64,000 bases of DNA from Candidatus Latescibacterota bacterium (GCA_965203355.1 OZ241889.1:960001-1024000), one strand, 5' to 3'; counted from the stretch's first letter, positions 38,411-49,497 are shown. Notes: generated by a model from the sequence alone, not told the origin. Numbers and translations are program-made.

Positions 38411-39232
38411 ATGAAACGCGACCATCGGCTCCAGCTAATCGCCTATCTGACGATCGCCTTTTGGGCCGTTGTTTTTTTGCAGGCACCCATTCCGCAAGAC
38501 CCGGCCTATCACCAGTTCGCCGATCAGCGCACCTTGTTGGGTATCCCCCATTGTCTGAACGCGATCTCCAACCTGCCGTTTCTGTTGGTGGGATTATGGG
38601 GATTCAGTGTTGTTTTTCGCCTCGCTACAGATCCCGCGCAACAGGCGTTTGTGCGCCCGGTCGACTCGCTGGCGTATCAGATCCTCTTTGTCGCGGTGGC
38701 GCTGGTTGGCCTCGGATCTACCTACTATCACCTAGCCCCCAGTAACGAAACGCTTCTTTGGGATCGCCTGCCGATGAGCATTGCCTTTATGGCGTTTCTC
38801 GCTACTGCGATCACCGAGCGTTTGGACCGGCGCGCTGGCATCATCACTTTGTTGCCGCTGATCGCCTTCGGCCTTTTCAGCGTGTTGTACTGGCACTATA
38901 CCGAACGGGCCGGCGCTGGCGATCTTCGTTATTACATCATCGCCCAAGCCTACCCGATTTTATTCGTGCCTCTCATGGTTCGTCTGCTGCCGTCGCCGTA
39001 CACGCGCGGGTCCGATCTCTACATCGCCGGCCTGTTTTATCTGCTCGCGAAGGTCGCCGAGATGTTTGACCAAGATCTCTATGCGGTCGGCGGATTGATC
39101 AGCGGTCATACGTACAAGCATCTGCTTGGTGCCTTGGGAGCCTATTGGGTGCTGCGGATGATTCGGCGGCGGCGGCTCAGCCAATCCCAACCTGCGACTT
39201 TCCGCAGCAATTCCATCCTCTCCGGGATGTGA
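38411..39232 (+). CDS. Ceramidase-like (CREST superfamily) membrane protein
   Basis: YHQFAD, SNLPF, GSTYYH, WDRLPM, SGHTYKH. Confidence 0.85.
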   Translation: MKRDHRLQLIAYLTIAFWAVVFLQAPIPQDPAYHQFADQRTLLGIPHCLNAISNLPFLLVGLWGFSVVFRLATDPAQQAFVRPVDSLAYQILFVAVALVGLGSTYYHLAPSNETLLWDRLPMSIAFMAFLATAITERLDRRAGIITLLPLIAFGLFSVLYWHYTERAGAGDLRYYIIAQAYPILFVPLMVRLLPSPYTRGSDLYIAGLFYLLAKVAEMFDQDLYAVGGLISGHTYKHLLGALGAYWVLRMIRRRRLSQSQPATFRSNSILSGM

Positions 39233-40122
39233 TAGTTCAATAGCAGGCGTCGTAGCACCGCTACTGTTAGAAACCACCGGAGGACGCCGTCTTTTTCAAA
39301 GGGTGCAGGCTTGTCGGTTGCCGCGATATACGCCTCGATAAAATGCTTGGCGAGGTCCAGCGATACTTCGGGGAAAAGACATTCCCGACCGCCGAATTGA
39401 AGTGCCGCAAATGCCACATCGTAGAGCGAGTAGTCAATGACAGCCATGTCGAAGTCCCACACTGTGGCGATCTTCGACGCCCGTATCCGCAAGTTGGCAG
39501 GGCGGTAGTCTTGGTGTGTGATCGACAGCATGCCCCACTCATCGCATAGTGACTTTACGGCGGCGGCGTTGGACTGTATGAAGCGGAGTTGCGAGCGAAG
39601 GAATGCTGCGTCATCATCGCTTAGATCGTTCCATTGGAAAGCGCTGGCAATTTTAGCAGCCAATTCAGCCCATCTGGTCGAAGGTACGTAGTACCAACCC
39701 AAGTCTTCTCTTGCTGATTCGGCTCGGAGTTCACTTCCGTAGTTGCGACCTGCTAAGTGCAATGCCGCTAGCGTCTGGGCTGCCTCGGTAATCAGCTCAC
39801 GTGAGCCCCACGGAGGGTGATCGACGGATGGCATGTAGGAGTTCAGCACCCACCAGTCTTCTCCGACTCGGTAGCAGTACTTTCCATCCAGCGTCTGAAT
39901 CGGCAGTGAAACTTGTCTAAAGCCGTTGTAATTGAGGACTTCCATTAGCTGGAATTGATAGCTCTTGGCCATTCTGTCTGCTTGGAATGGAGAGCAGGAC
40001 AGGACGAATCGTCCTTGGGACGATTCTACGAAGAAGTGATTGCTGAAATGCGTGCGCGATTCAACCAACCGCAGCCCATTGAGACCGTAGGCGGCGGTGG
40101 CGACGTCGTTCCAGCCGGTCAC
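39142..40122 (-). CDS. Aminoglycoside phosphotransferase/homoserine kinase-like protein
   Basis: LAALH, THQDYRPAN, WDFD. Confidence 0.8.
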   Translation of the reverse strand: MTGWNDVATAAYGLNGLRLVESRTHFSNHFFVESSQGRFVLSCSPFQADRMAKSYQFQLMEVLNYNGFRQVSLPIQTLDGKYCYRVGEDWWVLNSYMPSVDHPPWGSRELITEAAQTLAALHLAGRNYGSELRAESAREDLGWYYVPSTRWAELAAKIASAFQWNDLSDDDAAFLRSQLRFIQSNAAAVKSLCDEWGMLSITHQDYRPANLRIRASKIATVWDFDMAVIDYSLYDVAFAALQFGGRECLFPEVSLDLAKHFIEAYIAATDKPAPFEKDGVLRWFLTVAVLRRLLLNYHIPERMELLRKVAGWDWLSRRRRIIRSTQ

Positions 40123-40327
40123 GTATAGCCGCCTGCGGCCGGGCTTGAAACGGCCAAGATTCCTACGATCGGCAGGAGGCGCATTTCACGTACCTTTCGG
40201 TTGGTCGTAGGCGCGCATACTACCGTGCAGTGCAAAACTGCGATTGAATTGTCCACAGTGCCGCCATTTCAGGTTGCTGGTCCACGCTGGTGTCTATCCG
40301 GAAAAGGTGTTGTGATTTGCGGAGTTG

Positions 40328-41113
40328 TTACCGCCATTTCAGGAGGAATATCATTTCGGGTGCCTCGGGCCCTATCGGTATCCGAGCAAATGATCCGAAT
40401 TCTCCTACACTTTCAAGACCCACAGCTTGAAAAAGAAGTTTAAGGTGAGGATACGTATAGAAACTCATCTTTAATGACTGTACTTCCTCAGACAGGACTT
40501 TGTTACCCTCGCACAATCGGAAGATAAACCGGCCCGAGAAATTCAGGTTGATCAGGTCAATCTCGTCCTTTACAAAGTACCGTCGAATGATCCGATCCGT
40601 CCCATCTTGTGCAGGCCACTCGAATTCCAAGAACTCTTCGCCGACGCCCGATATAATTTTGTCGAAGCGGGGATTGAACACATCAAAGGCGAGGATACCA
40701 CCATTTGCCAAATGCCGTCTAGCGTTTTTCAGGGCTGCCAGTTGATCTTCCGTAGTGTACATATGCTGCATGGGTCTGAATGGAATTACTACCAAGGAAA
40801 ATTGATCGCCCAAGTAATGGGTGCGAAAGTCTCCTTCTACGACGCGCGTTCTCCGCCTTACGCTGTCGCTTTCTTTGGCGAGCTTTGCCCGCAAGACTTC
40901 CAGCATGGAATGAGAAGCATCCATCCCGGTGACATCCACGCCTTGTCTCGCCAGTGGCAAGGTAATTCTCCCAGTGCCGCAACCAAATTCGAGGACCGGC
41001 CCACCATACTCATTGGCTAGATCGAGATAGAAATCTCTATTCACCAGATTGTCTTTGACACTGTATGCAGCGTCGTAGTACTTCGCTCCTGAACTATAGG
41101 AATCATCAAGCAT
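40328..41113 (-). CDS. Class I SAM-dependent methyltransferase
   Basis: VLEFGCGTGR, GMDAS, LANGGILAFD. Confidence 0.9.
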   Translation of the reverse strand: MLDDSYSSGAKYYDAAYSVKDNLVNRDFYLDLANEYGGPVLEFGCGTGRITLPLARQGVDVTGMDASHSMLEVLRAKLAKESDSVRRRTRVVEGDFRTHYLGDQFSLVVIPFRPMQHMYTTEDQLAALKNARRHLANGGILAFDVFNPRFDKIISGVGEEFLEFEWPAQDGTDRIIRRYFVKDEIDLINLNFSGRFIFRLCEGNKVLSEEVQSLKMSFYTYPHLKLLFQAVGLESVGEFGSFARIPIGPEAPEMIFLLKWR

Positions 41114-41383
41114 GGTTAGAGTCAATCTCCATTTCAGGTAATGTCTGACACTTGGACTTTCGCCGTCTCGTACGCTCGGAACGGCTCTGTTATCGCGCAT
41201 TGTCGTGTTGTTAGAACGGAATCGGATGAAAAGGTATGGCTCTTGATGTACAGTCGCAATCGCAACGAGCCCCGGCGGCACACGCGAGGTCTTCTCTAAC
41301 TCAGTATCCGCACAACCGTTTGTTGACGTTACTACTTCTGTTGTATAAACTCGATGCTCGCAATGTAGAAGGATCTCCAAAAT

Positions 41384-41809
41384 ATGAGCGAAACCCGTCC
41401 TGTAATCGTGTACGATGGCGAATGCCGCTTCTGCCTGTGGAGCGTCGGCCGCATTCGCCGCTTTGACCGCAACAGTCGCTTTGAGTACCTGCCGCGCCAA
41501 GCGGACGGCATTGAAGAGCGGTTTCCGGTCCTCTCCAGTTCCGACTTTAACACGGGCCTGCGTCTCATCCACGCCGCCGGGCAGGTTGATGTCGGGGCAG
41601 ATGCTGTGTACCAGATTTACCGTCGGCTTCCTCCTTGGAACCTGTTCACTTGGGTGTACTGCATTCCGGGGCTGAAGCAGCTCTTTCGCGCTGGCTACGG
41701 GCTCGTCGCGCGCAATCGGCATCGGTTTGGCAGGGTCGAATGCGCCGATGAGGCGTGTGCCATCCCGTACGGCGAGCGGCACAAGGGCACTTCTGAATCG
41801 GCCTTATGA
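41384..41809 (+). CDS. DCC1-like thiol-disulfide oxidoreductase (DUF393)
   Basis: VYDGECRFC, YGLVARNR. Confidence 0.9.
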   Translation: MSETRPVIVYDGECRFCLWSVGRIRRFDRNSRFEYLPRQADGIEERFPVLSSSDFNTGLRLIHAAGQVDVGADAVYQIYRRLPPWNLFTWVYCIPGLKQLFRAGYGLVARNRHRFGRVECADEACAIPYGERHKGTSESAL

Positions 41810-43143
41810 CCACCCAGCGCAACGTTCTATTCCTCATCGCCGACGACTGGAGCCGCATCGCCGCCTGCTATGGCAATCGCGTCGTCCGCACGCCCCGCAT
41901 TGATTCGTTTGCCCGCGAGAGCACGGTATTTGACCAAGCCTTCTGCACCAGCCCTTCGTGCGCGGTCAGTCGCGCCTGCATCCTCACTGGATACCACAGC
42001 CACACCCACGGCCAGTACGGACACTGTCACGGCATCCACGGATTCTCCACGCATCCCCACATCACCTCCACACTCTCCAGCCTGAAGGCGCACGGCTATG
42101 CCACGGCCTGTATCGGCAAAAAACACGTCGAGCCGCCCAGCGTGTACCCGTTTGACTTTGAGCCTAAGGTCAATGCCAGAAACGGCGTTGAATTGGCCCG
42201 CGCTGCGCGTGACTTTTGGGCTGCTCATCCCGATCAGCCGTTCTACCTGCACGTGGGGTTTACCGATCCCCACCGCGCGGGTCGAGGTTTTGGCAATGAG
42301 CACCCGTACTCCGATGTGCCGGAAACGCAGTACAGCCCCGACGACGTGGCCGTGCCGCCCTATTTGCCCGATGTGCCGGATGTGCGCGCCGATCTCGCCG
42401 AGTACTATCAGGCGGTCTCCCGCTTCGACTTTGGCGTGGGGTGCCTACTCGATGCACTGGAGGAATCGGGTCGGGCCGACGAGACCTTGGTCATCGTCAC
42501 AACCGATCACGCCATGCCCTTCCCCGGGGCCAAGGCTTCCTGCTTCGACAGCGGCCACCACTGCCCCTTCATCCTGCGGGCACCGGGCATCACTACCCCC
42601 GCCACCCGTAGTCAGTCCCTCATCAATTGGACCGATATCCGCCCCACGTTGCACGACTGGTGCGGGGTGCCCGCGCCCGAGGACTTGCCGGGTCGGTCCC
42701 TCCTGCCGGGCCTAGCCGATCCGTCCGTCCCCGACTGGGAGCACACGTTCTTTTCGCACTGCTTTCACGAGGTGGTTGATTACAATCCCTACCGGGTGCT
42801 GCGCGGCCGGTGCTACAAATTTGTGCGCAACTTGGCCGCTGGTCTCACCACTATGCTGCCTACGGATATATTTCGTTCGACTACGTGGACGGCGGTGCGG
42901 CGCGACGCGATTCCCGCCATGGGCCAGCGCCCCACTCGCCACGTGATCACGCGGGCACCCGAAGAGCTATACGATCTGGAGGCCGATCCCACTGAAAGCG
43001 TCAATCGGATCGACGATCCCCACTTGCAGGAGGTGGCCGCTCAGATGCGCACCCAACTCTACCAATTCCGCCGCGACACGTCCGACCCTTGGTTGGAAGT
43101 GGACTTTCAGGAAGGACGCATCGACCGCCTCAAACCTCGATGA
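41806..43143 (+). CDS. Sulfatase (N-sulfoglucosamine sulfohydrolase-like)
   Basis: IADD, SPSCAVSRACILTG, GKKH, DPHR, TDH, ELYDL..DP.E. Confidence 0.92.
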   Translation: MTTQRNVLFLIADDWSRIAACYGNRVVRTPRIDSFARESTVFDQAFCTSPSCAVSRACILTGYHSHTHGQYGHCHGIHGFSTHPHITSTLSSLKAHGYATACIGKKHVEPPSVYPFDFEPKVNARNGVELARAARDFWAAHPDQPFYLHVGFTDPHRAGRGFGNEHPYSDVPETQYSPDDVAVPPYLPDVPDVRADLAEYYQAVSRFDFGVGCLLDALEESGRADETLVIVTTDHAMPFPGAKASCFDSGHHCPFILRAPGITTPATRSQSLINWTDIRPTLHDWCGVPAPEDLPGRSLLPGLADPSVPDWEHTFFSHCFHEVVDYNPYRVLRGRCYKFVRNLAAGLTTMLPTDIFRSTTWTAVRRDAIPAMGQRPTRHVITRAPEELYDLEADPTESVNRIDDPHLQEVAAQMRTQLYQFRRDTSDPWLEVDFQEGRIDRLKPR

Positions 43144-43351
43144 TCCTCAGCCGTGCCCGGCCGACGCTCTGGTTGCAGTTCTCAACGCGGTCATCAGCGC
43201 GTCGGCCCGCTTGGGCCTTGTGCCGTAAATCGCGCCTCGCGGCCGTCGCCATCAGCGAGATTGACCGCCTTTGGCTAGGTTGCTATTATTGCAACTCCTA
43301 AGCGCTGAAACCCTTCTTCCCTACGCCCCTAAACGACAAAAGATAGCCACC

Positions 43352-45199
43352 ATGCAAACGAAGAAAGCTGGCCACAATTCTCTCTATCGCATAGGCTGCC
43401 TCATGGTTCTTTCCGCCGGATTTACCGCGGCCGATACTTTGCCCGACGGGCCGGGCCTCTTCCTCGAAGATCGCGACGGACGAGTCTATGTCGCTGTCCT
43501 TGGCTCTGCGGGGATGGTCGCTCGCAACGCTGCTGATGACGCGGACACTTGGGAAGTTGTCGCTGACGGGCGCGTCGAGGGGCTGCAAATGACCCCGGAC
43601 GGGGATTTGTGGATGGCCCTCGACGACGAGGTTCTGCGCTACCCGCACGAGGGCGGCAAGCCGGTTGCTCGGACGCCTTCCTTCTTGCTCAATGGCTCGC
43701 CCGGACCATTGCTGGCGACGCGCTGGGGCGATGTCTGGTGCGCTGGGTGTGGTGCTGTGCGCCGGGGTGATGCCCTGTTTGAAGCGGCGCCGACCGCCCC
43801 ACCCGGATGGAAGATCACGCCGGTGTGCGACGATCCCTTTGGCAATGTGTGGGCTGTTGCTGACGATGGTCAGCGGCGGGATGTCGCCGTCTTGACGGCC
43901 CAACGTCCCCACGGCTGGCAGCGCCTCAACCTGCCGGCAAATCAACTCGCTGGCTCTTGGCAGGGTGCTGTGACCGACGATGCCGGCTTTGTCTGGATGG
44001 CTTTGGATGCCGCCGTCCTGCGCGTCGATCCCCGCTCGTCCGGGCCTCATCGCTCCTTTGCCAATCCCGTTGATGCCCGCATCACGGCGATTGCGCGTGG
44101 CGGCGATCAGATCGCAGTTGGCTTTGCCGATGGCAGCTTGCGCGAGCTGACGGTGCGGGCCGACGGTCCGCCGGCTTGGCGAGTGATTCGGGCGGGCGGC
44201 GATGGTCCGGTGCAGGCGTTGCTACACGCTCGCGATGGGAGCCTCTGGGTGTTGCACGCCGGGAAAGTTCAGCGTCTCGCCGATCTTGAGCAAGCGTGGC
44301 ACGAGCACTGGGACGAACAGCCGAGGATGCCGGCGGGTAATCACGATCACATTTTTGCGCGCATTGGCGACCGTCTGTACACCGCCGGTGGCAAGACCTT
44401 CTTTGGTTGGCCAGCGGCGGAGTGGGTCAATCTCGACCACGTGTGGTCCTATCACATTCCTTCGGGTACGTGGCGCGTGGAGCCGCCCATGCTCGAGCCG
44501 GGCAAGGCTTACTCCGGCATCGCCGCCCTCGACGACGAGCTGTGGCTTTTGGGGGGCCTTTTCCGCGATGGCAGCGGGACGCGGGCGACGGAGACCGTTG
44601 AAATTTTTGATCCCCACACGCGGAGTTATCGCCTTGGTCCGCCGTTGCCGCGCAAAGCAGGCCAAGTGGTGGCCCTCGCGGTCCATGAGCGGTTGTACGC
44701 CGTGGGCGGTGCCGACGACGATGGCCCGACGGCAGAGGTCCTGAGCATTGGAGCCGGGGAGACGAGTTGGCGGGTTGACGCGCCGGCACCCGGCCCGGTG
44801 TTGCAGGCGAGCGGCTGCGTGCTGAATGGCAAGATCTACATCGCCGCCGGGCCTTTGTCCCAATGCCCGGGTTTGTTCGTCTATGATCCCGAGCAAGACA
44901 ACTGGAGCCAAATCGAGCATCCGGCGCGGCCTCCCGGTGCCCCGCTGTGTACGGCCTTCAACGGCAGCGTCTGGGTCATGGGAGGACGGGGGGTCAACAG
45001 CGGCCAGACCGCGAGCTTTGCCTACACACCGGATACGGGCCAGTGGCATCGCGGTCCCGACTTGCCCTCGCCAGTTAGCTGGGCGGCGGCGGCTGTTGTC
45101 AATGGCCGCTTGCTGATCGCCGGTGGTGCCTACCGCGACGAGCGGGTCGGCGATTACTTCAACAGCGACCGCGTGTTCCTGCTGCGCGACGCTAGGTAA
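43352..45199 (+). CDS. Secreted multi-propeller protein with C-terminal Kelch repeats
   Basis: LYTAGG, LWLLGG, LYAVGG, VWVMGG, LLIAGG Kelch motifs; N-terminal D..G.LW repeats. Confidence 0.82.
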   Translation: MQTKKAGHNSLYRIGCLMVLSAGFTAADTLPDGPGLFLEDRDGRVYVAVLGSAGMVARNAADDADTWEVVADGRVEGLQMTPDGDLWMALDDEVLRYPHEGGKPVARTPSFLLNGSPGPLLATRWGDVWCAGCGAVRRGDALFEAAPTAPPGWKITPVCDDPFGNVWAVADDGQRRDVAVLTAQRPHGWQRLNLPANQLAGSWQGAVTDDAGFVWMALDAAVLRVDPRSSGPHRSFANPVDARITAIARGGDQIAVGFADGSLRELTVRADGPPAWRVIRAGGDGPVQALLHARDGSLWVLHAGKVQRLADLEQAWHEHWDEQPRMPAGNHDHIFARIGDRLYTAGGKTFFGWPAAEWVNLDHVWSYHIPSGTWRVEPPMLEPGKAYSGIAALDDELWLLGGLFRDGSGTRATETVEIFDPHTRSYRLGPPLPRKAGQVVALAVHERLYAVGGADDDGPTAEVLSIGAGETSWRVDAPAPGPVLQASGCVLNGKIYIAAGPLSQCPGLFVYDPEQDNWSQIEHPARPPGAPLCTAFNGSVWVMGGRGVNSGQTASFAYTPDTGQWHRGPDLPSPVSWAAAAVVNGRLLIAGGAYRDERVGDYFNSDRVFLLRDAR

Positions 45200-45381
45200 G
45201 CGGCAACGCTGGAGAGCGCACCGCCACTAGCAAGGGTAAATGCGACCCGGTACAACGCCGCTCATCTGGTTGATTTTTGTTCTGGCAATGACGATTTTTG
45301 CGTTTAAGGTGGTCTCGTTAGGCTAGTCCACATGAGCGGCTTGAAGGCCGTTATCTCCCGATAAATCCGATAAGGAGCAGT

Positions 45382-47754
45382 ATGGTCTATCTGTCAATGC
45401 TCGCGACTTTGCTAGTCGTCTATCCTATAACTATAACGGCCCAGCCAGCGGCCCGGCTAAGTGGCAAGATAACCGACGCGGGCTCTGGCGAACCGCTGCC
45501 CGGGGCCAACATTCGCCTCGTGGACACTCTGCTGGGGGCTGTCACAGATTTAGAAGGCCAGTTCGTATTGTCGGCCGTGCCGGCGGGCACCCACCAAGTG
45601 GAAATTAGTATGATCGGTTATGGCATCCGCACTGAGACCTTGCAGGTGGTCGCTGGCGAGCAAGCTCGCTTGAACGCCGCCCTGACTCCCAACCCCGTAC
45701 ACATGGGCGAAATGCTGATCCAAGCCGACCGGGCCTTTTCCGCGGCTTCCTCGCGGGCGGTGCGCCAATTCGACCTGCAAACCCGCCCCAGCCGCACGGC
45801 CCATCAGATGCTGCAACTGGCCCCTGGCCTCATCATCGCCCAACACGCTGGCGGCGGCAAAGCCGAACAAATTTTTCTGCGCGGTTTTGACGCTGATCAC
45901 GGTACGGATGTGGCCATTTCGGTGGATGGGGTGCCCGTGAATATGGTCTCCCACGGCCACGGGCAAGGCTACGCCGACCTGCACTTCCTCATTCCCGAAG
46001 TCGTCGAGGAACTGGAGGTCAAGAAAGGGCCGTACTTTGCCGAATTTGGCAATCTGGCTACGGCCGGGGCCATCGCCTACCGCACCCGCGACCACCTCGA
46101 CGGCAACGCCATTCACCTCGAAGGGGGCGGGTTCAATACGGCCGAGTACACCATGCTCTACCAGATTCCGCTGGCCGATACTAAGCAAAGTGCCTATTTC
46201 GCCGGCAAGTACTACCACACCGACGGCCCGGTCAAGCGGCCTCAGGGCTTGCAGCGTCTCAATCTCTTCGGCAAATACCACAACCACCTCTCCGACCGCT
46301 CCACCCTTACCTTGACCACCAGCGGGTTTAGTTCGGCTTGGGACGCCTCCGGGCAGATACCGCAACGGGCCATAGAACAGGGCCTCATTGATCGCTGGGG
46401 TGCCATTGACGATCTGGAAGGGGGCACCACCGGTCGCCAGGATTTCCACGTCAATTTCCACGTTGAAGAGGCCGGTACTAGCACCTTCGATCTACAGGCC
46501 TATTTGGTGAGCTATCAGTTCAAGCTGTTTTCCAACTTCACTTTCTTCCTCGACGACCCCGAGCACGGCGACACCATTGAACAGACCGATGATCGCCAAG
46601 TTACCGGGATCAACAGTCGCTATTCCTTCTTCCACACCTGGGGCCCGTACTTGGCTCACACTTCGATAGGCGGCGGCCTGCGCGCTGATAATGCGGCCGT
46701 GGGGTTGTGGAAGAGCCCCGACCGCCAACGCCTCGCCTCGCTGGTCAATGCCGATGTGGTGGAGCGCAATCTGTTTCTGTGGGTCCAAGAAGAACTTGCT
46801 TTCACTCCGCGCTTGAAAATGATTCTAGGTCTGCGCGGCGATTACTTCACTTTCAATGTTGACGACCACCGCGAAGGGTTTCCCAGCGAGCTGCCCCACG
46901 CTTCGGGTTTTGCCCAAGCCTCCATACTCAGCCCGAAAGCAACCTTGGTATATAGTCCAAGCCGCACCGTAGATCTTTTTGCCAATGTCGGCACTGGCTT
47001 CCATTCCAACGACGCTCGCAACAATGTCATTGATGCTCGGGCCGCGCAAATTCGTCGGGTCATGCGGCGCGATGGGCACAGCGAGACCGACATTGCCGTC
47101 GAGTTAGCGGGACGCTATATCGATCCGGGCCACCTTGAAGAAGGGACTTTGCCGCGGGCAGTGGGGGCCGAAGCCGGCCTGCGGACTCGGTTATTTGATC
47201 GGTTGAATGTGGGGGCGGCTCTGTGGTGGCTGGATCTAGCAAGCGAATTCGTTTTTGTCGGCGATGCCGGCACGACCGAAGCCAGCGGAAAAACCCGGCG
47301 GGCGGGGCTGGATCTGGAAGCCCGTCTGCGGCTTCGTCCTGGGCTGTGGGCCGATGTGGACCTCAATCTCGCCCGTGGTGAGGCCGTGGGCGAACCCGAC
47401 GACGCCAATAAAATCCCACTGGCCCCCCAACGGACCTCTACCGGAGGCTTGACTTGGTACCATCCCACTGGCTTAGAAGGCGGCTTGCGCTACCGCCACA
47501 TCGGCGACCGGCCCGCCAACGAGAATGGCAGTATCACGGCCGAGGGCTACACTGTCGTCGATTTCAACGGAGCCTATCGCCTGGGGTCTTGGCGGTTTAA
47601 TTGGGGCGTAGAGAACGTGCTGAATACAACGTGGAACGAGGCGCAATTCGACACGGAATCGCAACTGCGGGACGAGGCGGAACCTGTTTCGGAGATCCAT
47701 TTTACCCCAGGGAATCCCGTCAATTTGTGGCTGGGGGTGAGTTTTTCGTTCTAG
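45382..47754 (+). CDS. TonB-dependent receptor
   Basis: CarboxypepD_reg-like N-terminus, plug AGGGKAEQIFLRGF, C-terminal Phe. Confidence 0.93.
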   Translation: MVYLSMLATLLVVYPITITAQPAARLSGKITDAGSGEPLPGANIRLVDTLLGAVTDLEGQFVLSAVPAGTHQVEISMIGYGIRTETLQVVAGEQARLNAALTPNPVHMGEMLIQADRAFSAASSRAVRQFDLQTRPSRTAHQMLQLAPGLIIAQHAGGGKAEQIFLRGFDADHGTDVAISVDGVPVNMVSHGHGQGYADLHFLIPEVVEELEVKKGPYFAEFGNLATAGAIAYRTRDHLDGNAIHLEGGGFNTAEYTMLYQIPLADTKQSAYFAGKYYHTDGPVKRPQGLQRLNLFGKYHNHLSDRSTLTLTTSGFSSAWDASGQIPQRAIEQGLIDRWGAIDDLEGGTTGRQDFHVNFHVEEAGTSTFDLQAYLVSYQFKLFSNFTFFLDDPEHGDTIEQTDDRQVTGINSRYSFFHTWGPYLAHTSIGGGLRADNAAVGLWKSPDRQRLASLVNADVVERNLFLWVQEELAFTPRLKMILGLRGDYFTFNVDDHREGFPSELPHASGFAQASILSPKATLVYSPSRTVDLFANVGTGFHSNDARNNVIDARAAQIRRVMRRDGHSETDIAVELAGRYIDPGHLEEGTLPRAVGAEAGLRTRLFDRLNVGAALWWLDLASEFVFVGDAGTTEASGKTRRAGLDLEARLRLRPGLWADVDLNLARGEAVGEPDDANKIPLAPQRTSTGGLTWYHPTGLEGGLRYRHIGDRPANENGSITAEGYTVVDFNGAYRLGSWRFNWGVENVLNTTWNEAQFDTESQLRDEAEPVSEIHFTPGNPVNLWLGVSFSF

Positions 47755-48380
47755 GTTCTGTGTGGCAAAACCAGATGCGGCGGGCTTGGCTCCATCCAAG
47801 CGATCAACTGGCGCACGATGCGAAAGGTTAGTCCCCACAGCAGCGGGCGATTCGGCCCCAACAGGTCGAGTGCTGGAAACGCCTGCTCTTCGCCGCGGCG
47901 TTGCATTCGGTGCTGGGTCTGCTTACTGGGGTCGCGCAATGGATCGGCTCCTATCCAAAAGGCCGACTCGACCTCTTGGCTGAGGGTCAAGGCCGCTGGC
48001 GTCTCCAAGCGATAGACGAAACCAGATACCACTACTGGCAACAGATGCCCGGTCCGATCATCGACTCGGCCCCAATAGTCGGCTTCGGACAGATCGAGCC
48101 CGACCTCCTCCAAAGTCTCGCGCTCGGCCGCCGCGCGCGGGGAGGGGTCGTCTGCTTCAATGCGGCCGCCGGGAAAGGCGATGTGCCCGGACCAAGGGTC
48201 GTCCGGGTGCTGGGCGCGTTCGATAAAAAGCAACTGCAAGCCCTCTGGCGTTGGCCCCAAGACCACGGTCACCGCGGCTCGCGTCTTGTCCGTTGAGCCG
48301 ACCAAGTAGGGCTGGTGCTGGGCGAGCCCGGCCTGCACCGCAGCCCAAGTGCCTATGTCTACGGTCGCGGTTTGGCGCAT
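47751..48380 (-). CDS. Nudix hydrolase (CoA pyrophosphatase-like)
   Basis: SGHIAFPGG...AERETLEEVG, LWGLT. Confidence 0.9.
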   Translation of the reverse strand: MRQTATVDIGTWAAVQAGLAQHQPYLVGSTDKTRAAVTVVLGPTPEGLQLLFIERAQHPDDPWSGHIAFPGGRIEADDPSPRAAAERETLEEVGLDLSEADYWGRVDDRTGHLLPVVVSGFVYRLETPAALTLSQEVESAFWIGADPLRDPSKQTQHRMQRRGEEQAFPALDLLGPNRPLLWGLTFRIVRQLIAWMEPSPPHLVLPHRT

Positions 48381-48463
48381 AGGTGGACTTGGTTCATGGT
48401 CGTTAGCCTTGTCGTTCCCCGGGGTGCCGTTGACTTCGACGCTGTTGTCATGCGCTGTGTCCG

Positions 48464-49378
48464 CTAAATCGCCGCGAAATAGTCCTTATCTACTTCTACG
48501 CGCTCGACCATCTGCGCGGACACGCCGAGTTTGAGTTCCTTCATTTTGTCCATTAGCAGTTCGCCGTCAATCAGGTCTATCGGCGTCGCGCCGTCCCGGG
48601 TGGCTTCTCGTTGTGCCTCGTTTGTGAAGCCGCCCGTCGTCAAGATAAGGCCCTTTTCTGCGCGTCCGGCCATCGCGCCGCGAAAGTCCCGGACGACGCT
48701 TGCGCCGACACGGCCGCTGTAGCGCTTGCATTGGAACAGTACGGGAAAGCTGATCAGCCCCGCGAGGCGGATTATTCCATGCCCGTCAATTCCGCCATCG
48801 CCTGATTTTCCGGTGACCTCAACTTCGATAAAGCCCGATTCCCGCAACAGCCTTTGGCACAAGCGTTCGAACGCGTCGGGCGGAATGTTGCGGAGCGTGT
48901 CGAGCAAATCCTCGCGCCAAGCAGCGGTTTCATCTGCGTGGCTTTCGGCTGAGTCGTCGATTTCTTCGGCTAAGGCGACTCTTTCCGTTGCGACCTGTTT
49001 GCGGGATCGCTTCTGTTTCAGGTCTCGCATATAAGAATCGACAACTTCTTTGGCATCAACGCGTTGTGTCTCCCGCCCTTTAGCCGTAAGATGCCATATC
49101 CCTCGTTTTGAGCTATCAATCAAACCGTACTTTCTGAGATAGGTTCTCGCCCAACTCAATCGGTATTCTAGCTCTGTCATGCGTTCTGCTTGCCCGCTTT
49201 TTTTTCCTCGTGCACAAGGTATTTGAGTGATAGCAGCAGACAGGCCCATATCTTCAATTACTCGATCGGCGATTTCGCCAATGGAAGCACTGCCGCCAAG
49301 CGAATGGAACGCAGCCAGCGTTGGGCTTATTAGCTCATGATACTTTGGAACGTCATTTATATTGACGTTATCAGTCAT
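48464..49378 (-). CDS. mrr: Mrr-family type IV restriction endonuclease
   Basis: WARTYL Mrr_N domain, FERLC, DGGID, QCKRY, IDLIDG. Confidence 0.92.
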   Translation of the reverse strand: MTDNVNINDVPKYHELISPTLAAFHSLGGSASIGEIADRVIEDMGLSAAITQIPCARGKKSGQAERMTELEYRLSWARTYLRKYGLIDSSKRGIWHLTAKGRETQRVDAKEVVDSYMRDLKQKRSRKQVATERVALAEEIDDSAESHADETAAWREDLLDTLRNIPPDAFERLCQRLLRESGFIEVEVTGKSGDGGIDGHGIIRLAGLISFPVLFQCKRYSGRVGASVVRDFRGAMAGRAEKGLILTTGGFTNEAQREATRDGATPIDLIDGELLMDKMKELKLGVSAQMVERVEVDKDYFAAI

Positions 49379-49497
49379 CGCAAAAACTCCTTTGCAGCAA
49401 TATCCGCGTCCATGCGGAAGACAGGTCGGCTGAGAATATGGCAAATTAGCGGGCGGCAGAGTAGCCCATTATCGCTAATTTTCCGTAATTATTGTCC

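Noticed and set aside
40261-40343. 13-bp direct repeat CCGCCATTTCAGG at the MTase 3' end
   Set aside because: Too short, and there is no associated element to call an att site or target duplication.
41114-41782. N-terminal extension of the 484-aa methyltransferase ORF
   Set aside because: Overlaps the DUF393 gene in antisense; the MTase domain starts near 41113.
45200-45381. Possible cobalamin/TPP riboswitch upstream of the TonB-dependent receptor
   Set aside because: No B12-box or TPP consensus visible.
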